DNA of 63,739 nucleotides, the filler included, from Neolecta irregularis DAH-3 (taxonomy: Eukaryota), in assembly GCA_001929475.1 (NCBI GenBank). It is 13 parts of 13 records of this genome, joined end to end, with 100 filler letters (N's around TTAATTAATTAA, not from the genome) between each part and the next. Parts side by side here need not be neighbours in the genome. Positions count along the whole stretch, not along the records: positions 6,749 to 16,449 come from LXFE01000349.1; positions 16,550 to 23,601 come from LXFE01003272.1; positions 23,702 to 25,622 come from LXFE01003274.1; 10 more parts are not named here. One strand, given 5' to 3'. The notes beneath the pieces are model-generated. The model saw only the letters and a list, made by a program, of their open reading frames with translations. It was not told the DNA's origin and did no database searches. Position numbers and translations under genes: made by a program. This document shows positions 12,756-24,909 of the stretch, one piece after another. Positions within the stretch are counted from its first letter, which is position 1; each line of letters opens with the position of its first letter.

Positions 12756-13059
12756 GGACCTACTATGGTGTATATTAACTGTGCAAAGTGATAGAAGTAA
12801 TGTAAATGATTATTTAAACAGAGCCTGACCCGCTCAACGGGCAGGCATTAACCGTAATTAAGCGTAGTTACTCCTACTCGAGTACCCATTCTTAAACAAC
12901 CCCCAACCTAGGTCTGAGCGGTGAAGCAAACACATGATCAGTTTACACTCACAGCAGTTGTCCTCTGTTTGTCGACCTGATAGCCTTAAAGTATACTTCC
13001 CTTGCGTATACTACACCAAAAAAAGAGATATACAAGAAAATGCGTCCCGAAAGTAAAAG

Positions 13060-13913
13060 TCAGAATTCAAAAAGAGAATGATCTTGCTGTTGTTGGTACA
13101 GAAAGTTTGTGTTTTCGGCTGCAGTTAGGATTGGAGTAAGTGGCATATCGTTCGGCCAATGCGGTTTTGGTGTAGGATAACTTTCCCAAGCAATTGGAAA
13201 TGCACAGCTCGCCTCAGGATTCTCAGCATTCGCAGGGTCCGGCCAGTGTGCATATGGCATCTCGTCGAACATCCAAAGATTATTCGACTGTGTCTCAGTA
13301 CATGGTGATGGGTAATGGCAAGCTTCATGGATATTTGGTGTGGACGAGCTTAGCGCGTTGTACCAAGGTTCTTTGCCTTTATATTCTATCCATCGAGCTT
13401 TTTTAGCATTCCGATCTTGTTCTATCCACTTCCATTCTCTGGTTAATGTAGGTGTGGTTATAGAACTAGATGGCAAAGATGTAGATCCACCGCCCGACAA
13501 TGGACTGAAAGACGAGGACGGATTGAAGGAGAGATCAGCGAACGAAGATTGAGGACTGATAGACGAAGGAGAGTATTCGGGGTATCGGAACGGGTGCTCT
13601 ATGACCGGAGAAGAAACATGTTTGCCAGCGGTTGAAAGTTTTGATAGCTTTGGTAGAAACATGCAATTGTGCAGCGCTTTAAGACATCCTAAGCAATCAA
13701 TACAATGTGTTTTTGAGGCCAAAAAACATTACCTTGACATTTGCCATCCTCCACAATGCCGGAGCACCTCATTTTGCGTTTGCGGCACCGTTGACACTGA
13801 CATTTTAAGCAATGAACGGCGATGCAGAGTTAACTTACTGCACTATTTATACGCACTTGTCTCCGTTTAGCAGACGTGGGCTTTACCTCGTTAGAGTCTG
13901 GCGTATTGTTCAT
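13060..13913 (-). CDS. Zn(II)2Cys6 binuclear cluster transcription factor
   Basis: Removing introns 13838-13797 and 13732-13689 gives MNNTPDS...RINSACQRCRKRKMRCSGIVEDGKCQGCLKALHNCMF, followed by a Ser/Pro-rich tail. Confidence 0.9.
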
Positions 13914-14436
13914 TGTTTAGGAACAAGCGGTTGGGAAGGGACTAGCTGATATAATTAACGAAATACTGATGGGACAGGTTACCGTAATTGACAGGTCAGG
14001 AGTTTCTGCGTGTGGCGGCCCCATCAAACTATATCCAGCGCATCGTGATTTGGGTTTTACTTATCACGGCCCGGAATGGATCTATTATCTCCTTCCGGAA
14101 CTTTTTTGAGGAACAACTTGGAAGATCTCGCTTTCACCGAAAACGGTCCAACAGCTCGACCATTTCATGTCTTCCGGGGTAGCAGGGATTCTTTCTAGAA
14201 AGTCAAGTATACGCTCTGAGAATATTTCTATTACAAAAAACTCTCGAAACAATTGGCGCAAATGTTCCTGGTTATATAAAACATGCTCATTCAAGGTGGA
14301 TTCCTGAATAGCAATCTGAATCTTCTTTTAGATTATGTGCAAATGCTGTGGGGAATGTCTTCCTAATAATCCCCTGGACGTGGTTGGTGGTGGAAGAATT
14401 AGTTGCAAAAATATTTCTTCATCCGGCCGTGATGCA

Positions 14437-14726
14437 GAGAATCCGTATCAGATTCTATACAGATTCGGTACAGATTCGATACAGATTCATTAATCTGAAT
14501 CCGTATCAGATTCGATACAGATTCGGTACAGATTCGATACAGATTCATTAATCTGAATCCGTATCAGATCGGATTCGATACGGATTCTATACAGATTCAT
14601 TAATCTGAATCCGTATCAGATTCTATACGGATTCGATACAGATTCTATACAGATTCATTAATCCGAATCCGTATCAGATTCGATACGGATTCATGAATTC
14701 ATATTTCTTGAATCGAATCAGATTCA
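14437..14726. repeat. Higher-order array of 11-mers (gattcgataca) with inverted gaatccgtatc units, period about 58 bp
   Basis: Directly visible; each unit contains the near-palindrome cagattcattaatctg. Confidence 0.85.
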
Positions 14727-16316
14727 ATAATTTGGGTGAAAGTTAACCCTAAGCCCATGGGTCCATATGAAGCTATTCATGGTAGGATACATCCAGAAAT
14801 GTTTTTAAAGTGGAATGGCATATTGAGATAGTATCTATACTTTGTAGTAGCAGGTTATAGAGTGGCGACTATTCCCAGACTGATCTCAGCATTGATATAT
14901 TCTAAAAGATATTCAAATAATATATGATATTAACCTTTAGGTACAGGAACTACTTTCTATAGACTCCATCTCGTCACCCACTGGGCGTCTTGCAGTCCTA
15001 ATAAGGTTAGAATAGGGCAAAAACTTAGTTGCAGCAGCAGCGATAACAGGCAAGAAAGATGAGAGGCAAAAGAGATGGGCGGGCGAGGTGCGGGAGGCGG
15101 GCAGGACGGCAGGGAAGGTAGCGGAGGCACGGGAGAGACGCGCAGGACACGCGGGATGAGCAGGACGCGTGGGATAGGCAAGGCGGGAGGAGCGCGCAGG
15201 ACCGGCGAGGCGAAACGGGACGGGACGGGATACGCGAGACTGGCGAGGCGGGATGGAGAGTCAGGAGGAACAGGAGGGACAGCGAGACTGGCTGGTGAGG
15301 CGGGCAGGCAAGCCAGGTAGGACGGTGGATATGGATGATACAGAGAGCCCTCTGCGGATGACTAAACCTTAATAGGATATTACTATTGATATCTTATTTT
15401 GATAAACTCTGTGGAAGAGGGACTTGATTTTAAAGCTTGGCAGATGACAGAGAAAAATGTAATTTTGTGAAATGAGAGCATCGCTGCATCCCATCCCGGT
15501 TTTGATGGGAAGGAGAAAGAAAGGCTATCGTAATGAAGAATACAATTGACTGAACCATGCAGAGAAGCAAAAATTGCCTTGCATGACATTTTCCTTGTGT
15601 GGCTACGTTCAATATATCTCCACCGATCTCTGGAACACGACCTGCTAGAAGAATTGCTGTTTGGGCTCTGATCTCAAAGTGACACGGTGGCAGGTTAGAA
15701 TGCACGCTTGCCAGTCCACTCGACTTGTCTCGCAGTCTACACCCTGGAAATTTACAGGAGTGAATCTCGGAACTGCTCCTCGTCTCGTCTTCTTTGGTCC
15801 AGCCCGGGCTAGGAGATGAGGCGACGGGCGGGTGCGGGGCGAGGTGAGGTGTTTTGCGAGGGCGGCTATGCGGAGTACTTGGAGAAGTAACTACGTATAT
15901 TGAATATCAGGTGGAAGCCTTCTCCGCTAGTCAGGCCAGGCGCTACTTATATACAGACTCGGCACTTGTACTGCTATTGTTCTGCCGGGTAGCGACGCCT
16001 GTGACCGGCCCGACTGGGATGAGCGGCGCCCCTTGTTGCTGCTCCCTGTGCTCCTTCCGGTGTGTGGGCGGTGGCGGTGGCAAGCTGGTGGCAGGTGCAG
16101 CGGTGGGGTAGCTCTATGTATATTATATAGAGGGTACGGATGGGTTGGGTTAGGGTTATGGATCAAAACAATTAATTGACGAGTCAATGTTCCTTGACCA
16201 GAAGAGAACAGCATTTGTTTTCGAGACTGGCAATCTATAAGAACTACAAAACCTTATAATCGTAATGTCCATTATTGGTCAGGAGGATTCTGTACTCCAG
16301 CCTTGATCTCACCTTT

Positions 16317-16449
16317 TGTAACGTGTTGAGCTCTTGTGTACAAATAAGACTAGGTTATATTCCTTAATCTAAGCTTGTAGACTTTTCTAAATACAATTGC
16401 CGTTATTTCTTTTCCGCCACTTGCTTCATTGGTAAGATATATCCGGTAA
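16317..16449 (+). mobile_element. LTR-like repeat (TGTAA... family), truncated by gap
   Basis: tgtaacgtgttgagctc...aataagactagg, similar to 54132-54295 and to the minus-strand copy ending at 35469. Confidence 0.55.
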
Positions 16450-16549
16450 NNNNNNNNNNNNNNNNNNNNNNNNNNNNNNNNNNNNNNNNNNNNTTAATTA
16501 ATTAANNNNNNNNNNNNNNNNNNNNNNNNNNNNNNNNNNNNNNNNNNNN

Positions 16550-18018
16550 CGAGATAGAAAACTTAAGGGAGCCATTAAATCAATCAATCGAGCTTTGCTA
16601 ACGACTATCGGCGCGTGCGGTGATGTTGCAAGGAATGTATGCTTGACTAGTACACCTCATCCGCTACACTCTGAAATACTCGAGTTTGCTACAAGATTGA
16701 GCAAGCATCTAGAGCCTGCGACTTCAGCATACCACGAAATTTGGCTTACAGATGATTCTGGAAAAAAGCAACAAGTTGCTGGAAATGCTGTCGTCGACAT
16801 GGAGCCTCTCTACGGACCTACTTATCTTCCGAGAAAATTTAAATTGGGCATTGCTATTCCGCCATCGAACGATGTCGATGTTTACACCAATGACGTTGGA
16901 TTTATTGCCATTGTCCGTGATGGTAACCTTTCTGGTTTTAATGTTACAATTGGGGGTGGAATGGGCATGACCCATAACAACATGAAGACTTATCCGAGGC
17001 TTGGAGATTTGATTGGATTCGTTAGTCCAGATCAAGCAATCGACGTTGCCGAAAAAATTATGCTCGTTCAGAGAGACCATGGAGATCGAAAAAATCGGAA
17101 ACATGCTCGCTTAAAATACACTATCGATGACCACGGCGTCGAGTGGTTTGTAAAGGAGGTCGAGAAGAGGTTAAATTATGACCTTAAGCCTGCTCAACCC
17201 TTCTCCTTTGATAGCAATGTTGATAAATTCGGATGGCGGAGAACGGAGGATGGAAAATATCATTTCTGCATGTTTATCGAGAATGGTCGAGTTTGTGACG
17301 AAGCCAGATTCAGTATGAAAGCTGGTCTCAGAGAAATTGCTTCATACTTTCAACACGACGAGGAATTTCGGTTTCGACTGACTGCAAATCAGCACCTCTA
17401 TCTATGTAATATATCTGAGGGTAAGTTAGTTGATGTAAAAAATCTGCTGGCAAAATGGGCGCTCGATAATCTGGCACACTCGGGGTTGAGGTTGAGCAGT
17501 TCAAGTTGTGGTACGTTAATTTGAATGTTCACACCTGAAGTGTTAGTTGCTCTTCCAACCTGTGGTCTTGCGATGGCGGAAAGTGAGCGATACCTCCCGC
17601 TATTAGTTTCAAAAGTCGAAAATATTCTCGAAGAGGAGGGACTGCGTCACGATTCAATTGTTATGCGTATGACGGGATGTCCGAATGGGTACAATATTCT
17701 TTGTTCTATTTCTTATCCCTCTAATGAATAAGCTGTGCACGTCCGTGGGTTGCTGAAATAGCATTCGTTGGCAAAGCACCTGATACATATAATATGTATC
17801 TTGGTGGTGGTTACTATGGGCAGCGACTGAACAAATTGTTCAAGGCCTCAATCTCGGAAGAACAGATTCTCGAGTCGTTAAAGCCACTCATCAAAAAATA
17901 CGCAACTGAACGCAAATATGGCGAGAGATTCGGGGATTGGACAATTAGGGCTGGAGTGATCCAGGCGACTTTGAACGGACAGGATTTCCACAATGGTGTA
18001 GCAGAAGATGAGGAATGA
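16550..18018 (+). CDS. MET5: Sulfite reductase beta (siroheme) subunit, 5' end lost in gap
   Basis: [55 protein letters not shown]; introns 17511-17546 and 17689-17732. Confidence 0.96.
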
Positions 18019-18048
18019 TAAAAAGATTGCTATACCATTTGGTCGTAT

Positions 18049-20263
18049 TTAGTCAGTACTGCCATGAGGAATGCTTCCATCTTGTTCCAACAAATGCATG
18101 ATCATTTTGGTGTGAAACCATTTCTTTTCAGGCGTAGTCCACCACGTGACTACCGCCAATATGGTCACCCCAATAAAGATGACCGGACAGTAGTTAAAGG
18201 TACCCGTTGTAATGGGAAAGAAAACAGGAGAGCAAAGAACACAACACATGAATGTGGAATATACAAATGCAATGATGCGAAATGGCATGGAAAATCTTCC
18301 TAGAGACCATCGTGGACTTTTGAAAGATGTTGGTGTAATGAATGCTCGACCGACTGAAAAATTAGCTGCGTTGCTTTTCCGCATAAAAATGAGTATTACA
18401 TGCAATGAGAGCCCAACAAGCAAATGTTGGCATTCCTGCGGCAGACACGAGGCTATTAAATGCGACGGGACTAGCCAAAACTGTGACAAGTAAAATAGAT
18501 CCTACTGCCCATATAACGTAGATTGCATTTCGAGGCTGTCCGTTTGGTGCGACTTGGCGGATGTAACCAGAAAACGGCAGGATTCCATCTCGGGCAATTG
18601 CATAGACCAATCGGGATGCAGCAACGGTAGATACAGCTCCGTTCTGGGAGTTAGATATGATGTAATGACATGGATTACAAAGATGATGGCAATCATAATA
18701 ATGACGTTCATAGCAATATGTCCATGTTGACCTAGAGCAAGTGCATAGAACTGAACCATTGGTTGTGGAGAATTGAGACCAAATAATCGATCAAGTGAAG
18801 GCTGAACAGTTACTTTAGGGAAGAACTATGAAACATACGGTGCAGAAAAGCAGAAGCATAACAAATGGAAAACCGAGGAGACAACTCATAAATGCACTCC
18901 ACCAGATACCACGTGCAGCGATGAGACTCTAAAAGGTCATTGGAGATCATGCGACTAGAGAACATACAGCATTATGCGTTTCCTCGGCTATATGACCAGA
19001 AGCATCGAAACCCACAAGGGAACCGCCCACAGCAAAGAAACTCAACAACCAATTCCACACAGGTGGGGCTCCGGTTCCATTAAACGTTTTGGTGAAGACA
19101 AACTTTGCGTTTTGGAAGCCATACGTTCGAGAAACCCCAATCGGTAGCCATATTACATTAAGGAAGAAGTCAAGCATGATTAAGGCCGTAGCTCCGCGGA
19201 AAATCAACTTGTAGCGACCAGGTGAGATCAAATTGAGTCCTATCATGATTGCAAGAATCAATTCTGCTCCAGCCCAAACTGCCATTCGAAATTTGAGGTC
19301 GTTTGGGTCGTGAGGGAACGATTCGTCGTTGAAAATAGCGAGTTCCTATTCAATGAGTATACAAATTATTGTAAGAGGCATACGGAAAGTGCGAAATACA
19401 TGACAACTTGGGCAAGACTCGCGACAAATGTCGCCCATGCGGTAGTAGACCCTGGTATCTGAGCATCATTGACACTTGGTTCATACACCAAGCAGCTAAG
19501 AAACCAAACAGTCGACCGTATTTTAAGCCTCCCACAGATGCTGCCCAGCTGCAACGTTAGCAATTAAAAACCAATGACAGAAAGCTCACAAATAGGTAGA
19601 CCCAGCAACAGGTAACGCTGAACATATCTCCGCGAGCACTGCGGCGGTAATCAAAGTCATAATCGCAACGATAACATATGTCGACCTATCATCAGCTTCT
19701 TTTTCTGGAATTCCTGAGAACCAGTATGCGGCAGGACCTCCGGCAGAAACGCCAATACTGAACAAAACTCGAAGGCCGGAAAAGACATAGACTGCAGCTA
19801 ATGATAAGCGATGTGACGCGTTTAGACATACCGAAGCTAGCAGCGAAACTTTCAATTAGGCCGAAAGCACGCTTCAGAGTCTCTTGATAAGTTTTCAATC
19901 TAAAAGGCGACTATACCGGGATGTAGCCTAGCACGTGCTTGAAAGAAAGTCAGCTCACACTCCAACGCACAACGCAAAAGAAAACAACGACAAATCCTTT
20001 CGCACGCATTATCGTGTATCAAGTTCAATGGGTATAATCTCAGCCTCTTCAGAAGCACCCCAATGTCATTGCTTTTTATAGCGTTGTTTGAAGGGCAAAC
20101 CTGATGATGAAGAGCTAATACTTGCAAGGCAAGAAAGAAAGAATTGACGGTATCACTCCGCAAAAGATCTTACCAGTTGACGCTCATCCTCGTCAGGAAT
20201 TGGCAGTGCTTTGAGGGTGGTTGGGAGCATCTTGACGTTGTTTTTCACAAGGACAGAATCCAT
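18049..20263 (-). CDS. APC-superfamily (ACT-type) permease, probable Thi9-like thiamine transporter
   Basis: Spliced start MDSV...DEDERQL/HVLGYIP/TLKRAFGLIESFAASF; GGPAAYW, LAEICSALPVAGS, GFDASGHIAEET, YAIARDGILPFS, F.LGRFS. Thiamine specificity inferred from the intronic TPP aptamer. Confidence 0.9.
19984..20072 (-). promoter_or_regulatory. TPP (thi-box) riboswitch in intron 1 (20173-19938)
   Basis: Minus strand gcaatgacattggggtgcttctgaagaggctgagattatacccattgaacttgatacacgataatgcgtgcgaaaggatttgtcgttgt: P1 gcaatgaca/tgtcgttgt, P2 gggt/accc, P3 gcttc/gaggc, UGAGA motif, P4 cttga/aaagg, P5 cacg-AUAAUG-cgtg, GCG. Confidence 0.95.
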
Positions 20264-20953
20264 GGTACAGAAGAGGTGTATAAAATTATACAATGTCGCA
20301 CATATATTTGTGTAATGAATAGATATGACCGCAATATCCCTACCACTTGCGGTTAGTGGCTTGCATAAATAAGGGCAATTAGGTATATAAGGCGGTGAGA
20401 CACTTATCCCTAGCTTACGTTGTTATAACTTGAGCTAGGTAAGCACCATGGAGATTCTAATAACACCTGCTTATAACGAATGTGGCGTTCAAGGGTGTTG
20501 AATGCATTATAAAGCGGTAGAAGGAAAATATGACATTAAACAAAGAAAGTGATATCATGTTATGTTTGATTAAAAGCCTCGCTTGACTTTTGAGCTCGTT
20601 AACACATCATTAGTCCTGCCTTGTAATTCTGATTCTGACAGTTGTTGTTTCAATCAGTCCATTAGTTATATATCTGTGAATTGATTTCCTTTTGTTCTCA
20701 ATTCTTTTGGAGATTTGTTGCAGATCAGACGCCATGAACTTTTCGCCGTGAAATTCAAGAGTATGTGCAACATACTTTTAGATATTATATCAAGTCTGCA
20801 TATGATACATTTCTGTTCATTTAGGTTTCAGTTATAAGCTATATATGTTTATCAAGGTATCACAAATAGTCACTCCATATGGAAATTCTTTTCGAAATAT
20901 CAACATCTTGTGAGGATAGAATATGTTCAAACCAAGTCATTAAAAAACAGAAA

Positions 20954-21533
20954 TCAAGCCTGCCAGACTCGTCTAATCATCTCTGTGATGCCAACCTACA
21001 ATTAGTGTAAAGAAAGAAGAAGAGACGAGCGTACGTCGTTTGTTTCAAATTCGTAGAGACCAAGTAAGACTAATCCGGTTGCTGTTTTTAGTAGAATACC
21101 TGCAGTTTTGGCGGTTTTGGGGTATATGCGCTTGGGGATGTAGTCTGTGAGCATAGAATCGAAGCCGCTATGGGAGTGCTTGTGAGTAAGTGTGAGAATT
21201 TGCTTTTGGGGGTACAATGACTAGGGTTGATGCTAGGATGGCATCAACGACGGGATAAACAGAGCCAGCTGCGAATGGAGCAGCGATTAGCGGAACGAGT
21301 GCAACGCTGATGAGGCGTTCAAATGTCCAGTGGTAAGAGCCGTGGGCCTTGTTTGGGGGAGGACTGCAAGTCAGCGGGGGGGAAGTAAAGTAATACATTG
21401 GGGTCGCGTCGTTTACTGTGCCCTGGATAATTTGCGGCTGTACTGGAGCAATGCGGGAGATTCGCGATGTGTGCAGTCCTGCGAGTAAATTGATATTGAG
21501 GCGGGATAGAGATATGCGAGAGGGGGGCGGCAT
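20954..21533 (-). CDS. SDH4: Succinate dehydrogenase cytochrome b small subunit (CybS)
   Basis: Presequence, GTVND, HGSYHWTFER, HSH.GF....DYIP, GLYEFETNDVGITE; 3 short introns. Confidence 0.95.
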
Positions 21534-21637
21534 GGTGAGTATGATTGGCAGTGGATGATTCAGATCGCTGTTACTAGTGATATGAACTCGATTATTCTTA
21601 TTCTAAATATTCTACTTTGAACTCTATTGTTTTTGAT

Positions 21638-23320
21638 CTACTTGGATTTAACTTTAGGTCTGAATTGATACAGAGAAAGTAAAAACCTTTTTTCAAATAA
21701 TGCACTAGGGTATTAATTTGAAATTTGTATAATGTATACCCGAGGATGATATAAACCAGACCTAGAGCAATTCCGAGCACGAGAAATTTTAAATCTCCAA
21801 TTTCCCCTGCGGACCATTTTGTGGAAAAGGATCTAGCCAAAGTTCCGCAAAAGATGGAGAATATAGTTAAAAGTTTTAAATCCCAGATGTTTAAAAGTGA
21901 TGATGAATCCGAGGGATCGGAATCCGAGGAATCGATTGAATCCTGGCTGTCCATCAATTCATTCACATCCGCCTCGAAATACTTTATTACAAACCTTGCA
22001 CTCCAAACAAATCGAATTGAAAGAGATATTGCATTCATTAATACCAATCCTCTGGCACCTAAGTGGAAATACTTTACCAAAATCCAGCCTGAAGCAGCGG
22101 ATATACAAGAACAAGCAACAAACAACCTATTTTGTGATTTCAAAACATGACGATCAGCGACGGAAGAAACAAAAGCTTCTGCGATGCCGTTGTAGGCCAT
22201 TATTGAGAGGTAGAAGATGTAGTAGTGGAGGATTGGAACAAGTTGTTTGGACCAATTTTTACCCAGAAACTGAACGAATAGAGGGAGGTATGGGATTGCA
22301 AAGGCGAAAAGGATGCAGGACATGTAAAAGTAGATGCGGAGTACTGTTTTTAAGAGGAATTTTGCCTGTTTACGGGCATTTTTGGAGTTTGTAGGGAGGG
22401 ATTTTGCGAAAAAGTCTTTTGAGGAATCTTCTATTGGGGCTAGGAATAGACGGGCGAGGATGGAGCCTTTTTAGGTTAGGAGAACAATAAGGAGAGGTAC
22501 CATAGTTTGAGGCGACAGCAAAAGCGCCCTGATCTTGGGGGGAAGCGATGAAGGAGAAGATGAGTCTATCGCCCTGAGTGAGGAAGAGTTTTACTACAGT
22601 TTGAGCGAGGAGGGGTTTTGCGAGGGCGAGGGAGGGGGAGTGAGGGTACGGGAAGGAGGGCGAGGACTGGGCCGAGGGCGAGAGTGGCGAGAAGGAGACA
22701 AAGCAGTATTGACGCCGTGCAGAGGAGGAGTGGAGGTGGAGGTAGAGGACGAGAAAGGAGAGGAGGGCAGCGGCGAGGTCTGCAGCGGCAAAAGGGAGGG
22801 GGGAGCGGGAAAGGGAGGGGAGAAAGTGGAGGGCGAGGGGGAGGAGGGCGCGGGGGAGGAGGGCGGCTGTTTCTGCGCGGGCACGGAGGGGGTAAAGGAG
22901 CTGGGCGTGGAGGACGGCGTAGAGCGGTTCTGTGGCGAGCTGGAGGAGGAGGCCGGCGAGGAAGAGGGCGAGGGCGGGCAGGAGGAGCGGCAGGGCGGGG
23001 GCCGGAGCGGTGCAGGCGAGAGCGAGGGCAGCAGCGAGGGCGAGGGGGGCGCCGAGGAGCGGGGCCAGCCAGGCGGTGTTTATGGCGGGCTGGATGCAGG
23101 GCAGGGCGAAGCGCTGGAGGGCGCCTCGCAGGGGGTCGCGCGAGAGGGCGAGGACCAGGGCAGCGAGCAGCTCCAAGCGGCCAGCAACGAAGCCGTAGAC
23201 GTCCGCAGGCGTGCGGCGCAGGACGAGGGCCGTGCAGCACAGCGACACTGCCCGCGCAAGCAGCTGCACGCCCATCTGCTGTGCCAGGCCGTGGCATGCG
23301 GCGGCGAGCGAGGGTGCCAT
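21638..23320 (-). CDS. RFT1: Oligosaccharide translocation protein Rft1
   Basis: QLLARA..., RLELL..LSRD.LR, K.FLTQGDRL, QGAFAVASNYG, MAYNGIAEAFV, GLVLMNAISLSIR; ends EKRFLL...KSK. Confidence 0.93.
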
Positions 23321-23714
23321 CCAGTCCAGTCCACCTCGAGAGTCCTCCACTCGGACTCTAGACACTCCATCCCGACTCCACTCACCCACCCTCTTCTCGT
23401 CCACTCTCCTCCAGAGACTATCTAGGCTCTAGACACTCGGACAGTATCTAAGACACCCAGACAATATCTACTCCCTAGACCCAGACAGTATCTACACTCT
23501 AGACACCAAGCCAGTAACCCTAACCCATCCACTCATCCACTCACCCACTAATCATTCACCCACTACCCATCCCCCCACTCATCATGTCCTGCCCGCATCT
23601 CNNNNNNNNNNNNNNNNNNNNNNNNNNNNNNNNNNNNNNNNNNNNTTAATTAATTAANNNNNNNNNNNNNNNNNNNNNNNNNNNNNNNNNNNNNNNNNNN
23701 NTGTACTCCACGAC

Positions 23715-23880
23715 TAGAGTCAAAATAGTAGTGTAATATATCTGCACCAAGTAACTGCCACGACCTTCTTGACTATCCAAAACAAGACGTAGATTCAAAA
23801 TAGTAGTGTAATATCTGCACCAAGTAACTGCCACGACCTTGTTGACTATCCAAAACAAAGACGACTAGAGTCAAAATAGT
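23715..23880. repeat. About 75-bp tandem duplication
   Basis: caaaatagtagtgtaata(ta)tctgcaccaagtaactgccacgacctt(c/g)ttgactatccaaaaca occurs twice. Confidence 0.85.
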
Positions 23881-23896
23881 CAATTTGAAACGTACG

Positions 23897-24723
23897 TGAC
23901 AAGACCGGAAAGTATCGCTAGGGCGAGGGGAGCCGCCCATCCACTAACATCAGCATAGCCAGATTATCGAGTTACGGAACAATGCTGACTAAATCGCAGT
24001 AAGCTTTAAGGATATATGCAGCTCTTTCTACATAAGCAGCATATTTCCCCGACAATGGATGGAAATTTGAATTCCAGACGGGGACTTTTCTCCATAGCTC
24101 GTCAGTGTACAGGGCTACGATAGCGTCCGTGGTGAATGGTCTAATTGGCAAGTAGCGAATATCGCCTGTTCCCGAAGAAATGTGGTAAAACACTTTGTAA
24201 GCGGGGTGTATGCGGATGATTACCTGGCGGATTGCGGAGCAGGAAGCGGGTGCTGAGGATTGGATTTTTGTCGCAGAGGACGCGGCCGAATCTGTATTCT
24301 GGATACTGTGAGCTGATGTTGAACGAGGCGTCCTAGTTTTAGCGAGGCGGATGGGCAGGATACGTTGAAGGCGTAGTCCATCATATCGCAGGAGATGCAT
24401 TTTGACTCTGAGGTGAACTCGAGGATCCACTCTTGGGGCCGGGCAAAGAGCAAGTGCAGCCAATTGGAGTCTGTGATGTTTGTGATTTTGGAAGAATTGA
24501 GGGCGTTGGGGGACAGGCCTAGTTCGTGGAGCGACTTGCGGGGGCCGAATGCTTTTTCTACAGTTTTGTCGATGATGCCTGCGAGCCCGTGTCTCTGGGA
24601 AAAGGCAGGGGAGGGTGAGGAGGGGGTAGAGAGGGTGGAGGGGGTGGAGGGGGAGGAGGTAGATAGGGTAGATAGGGTAGATAGGGTGGAGAGGGCGAAT
24701 GGGACAAGCAGGAGGAGGTGCAT
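23897..24723 (-). CDS. Secretory-pathway thioredoxin-fold membrane protein (CISC motif); last exon lost in gap
   Basis: Signal peptide MHLLLLVPFALS, NITDSNW, EWILEFT..KCISC, W...PVW....HPL.G, TM segment PGWAAPLALAILSGLV. Confidence 0.7.
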
Positions 24724-24876
24724 GGGAGATTCCTCGACGCTTAATAATGAGGTGCATGGAGTCCTCGACGCATAATAATGAGGTGCATGGAGTCCTCGAC
24801 GCATGATAATGAAGTGAGTCCTCGACGCATGATATATATACGAGGTGCATGGAGTGAGACAATTCCTCGACGCATG
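24722..24876. repeat. About 31-bp minisatellite
   Basis: tcctcgacgcataataatgaggtgcatggag, about 5 imperfect copies. Confidence 0.85.
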
Positions 24877-24909
24877 GGACATATTCACACTCTAGAATAA
24901 TATATAGGC

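Noticed and set aside
14437-14726. CRISPR-like appearance of this and other arrays (24722, 55361)
   Set aside because: No unique spacers, eukaryotic context and no cas genes.
15361-15720. Stop-riddled coding-like stretch, possible transposase remnant
   Set aside because: No diagnostic motif recognised.
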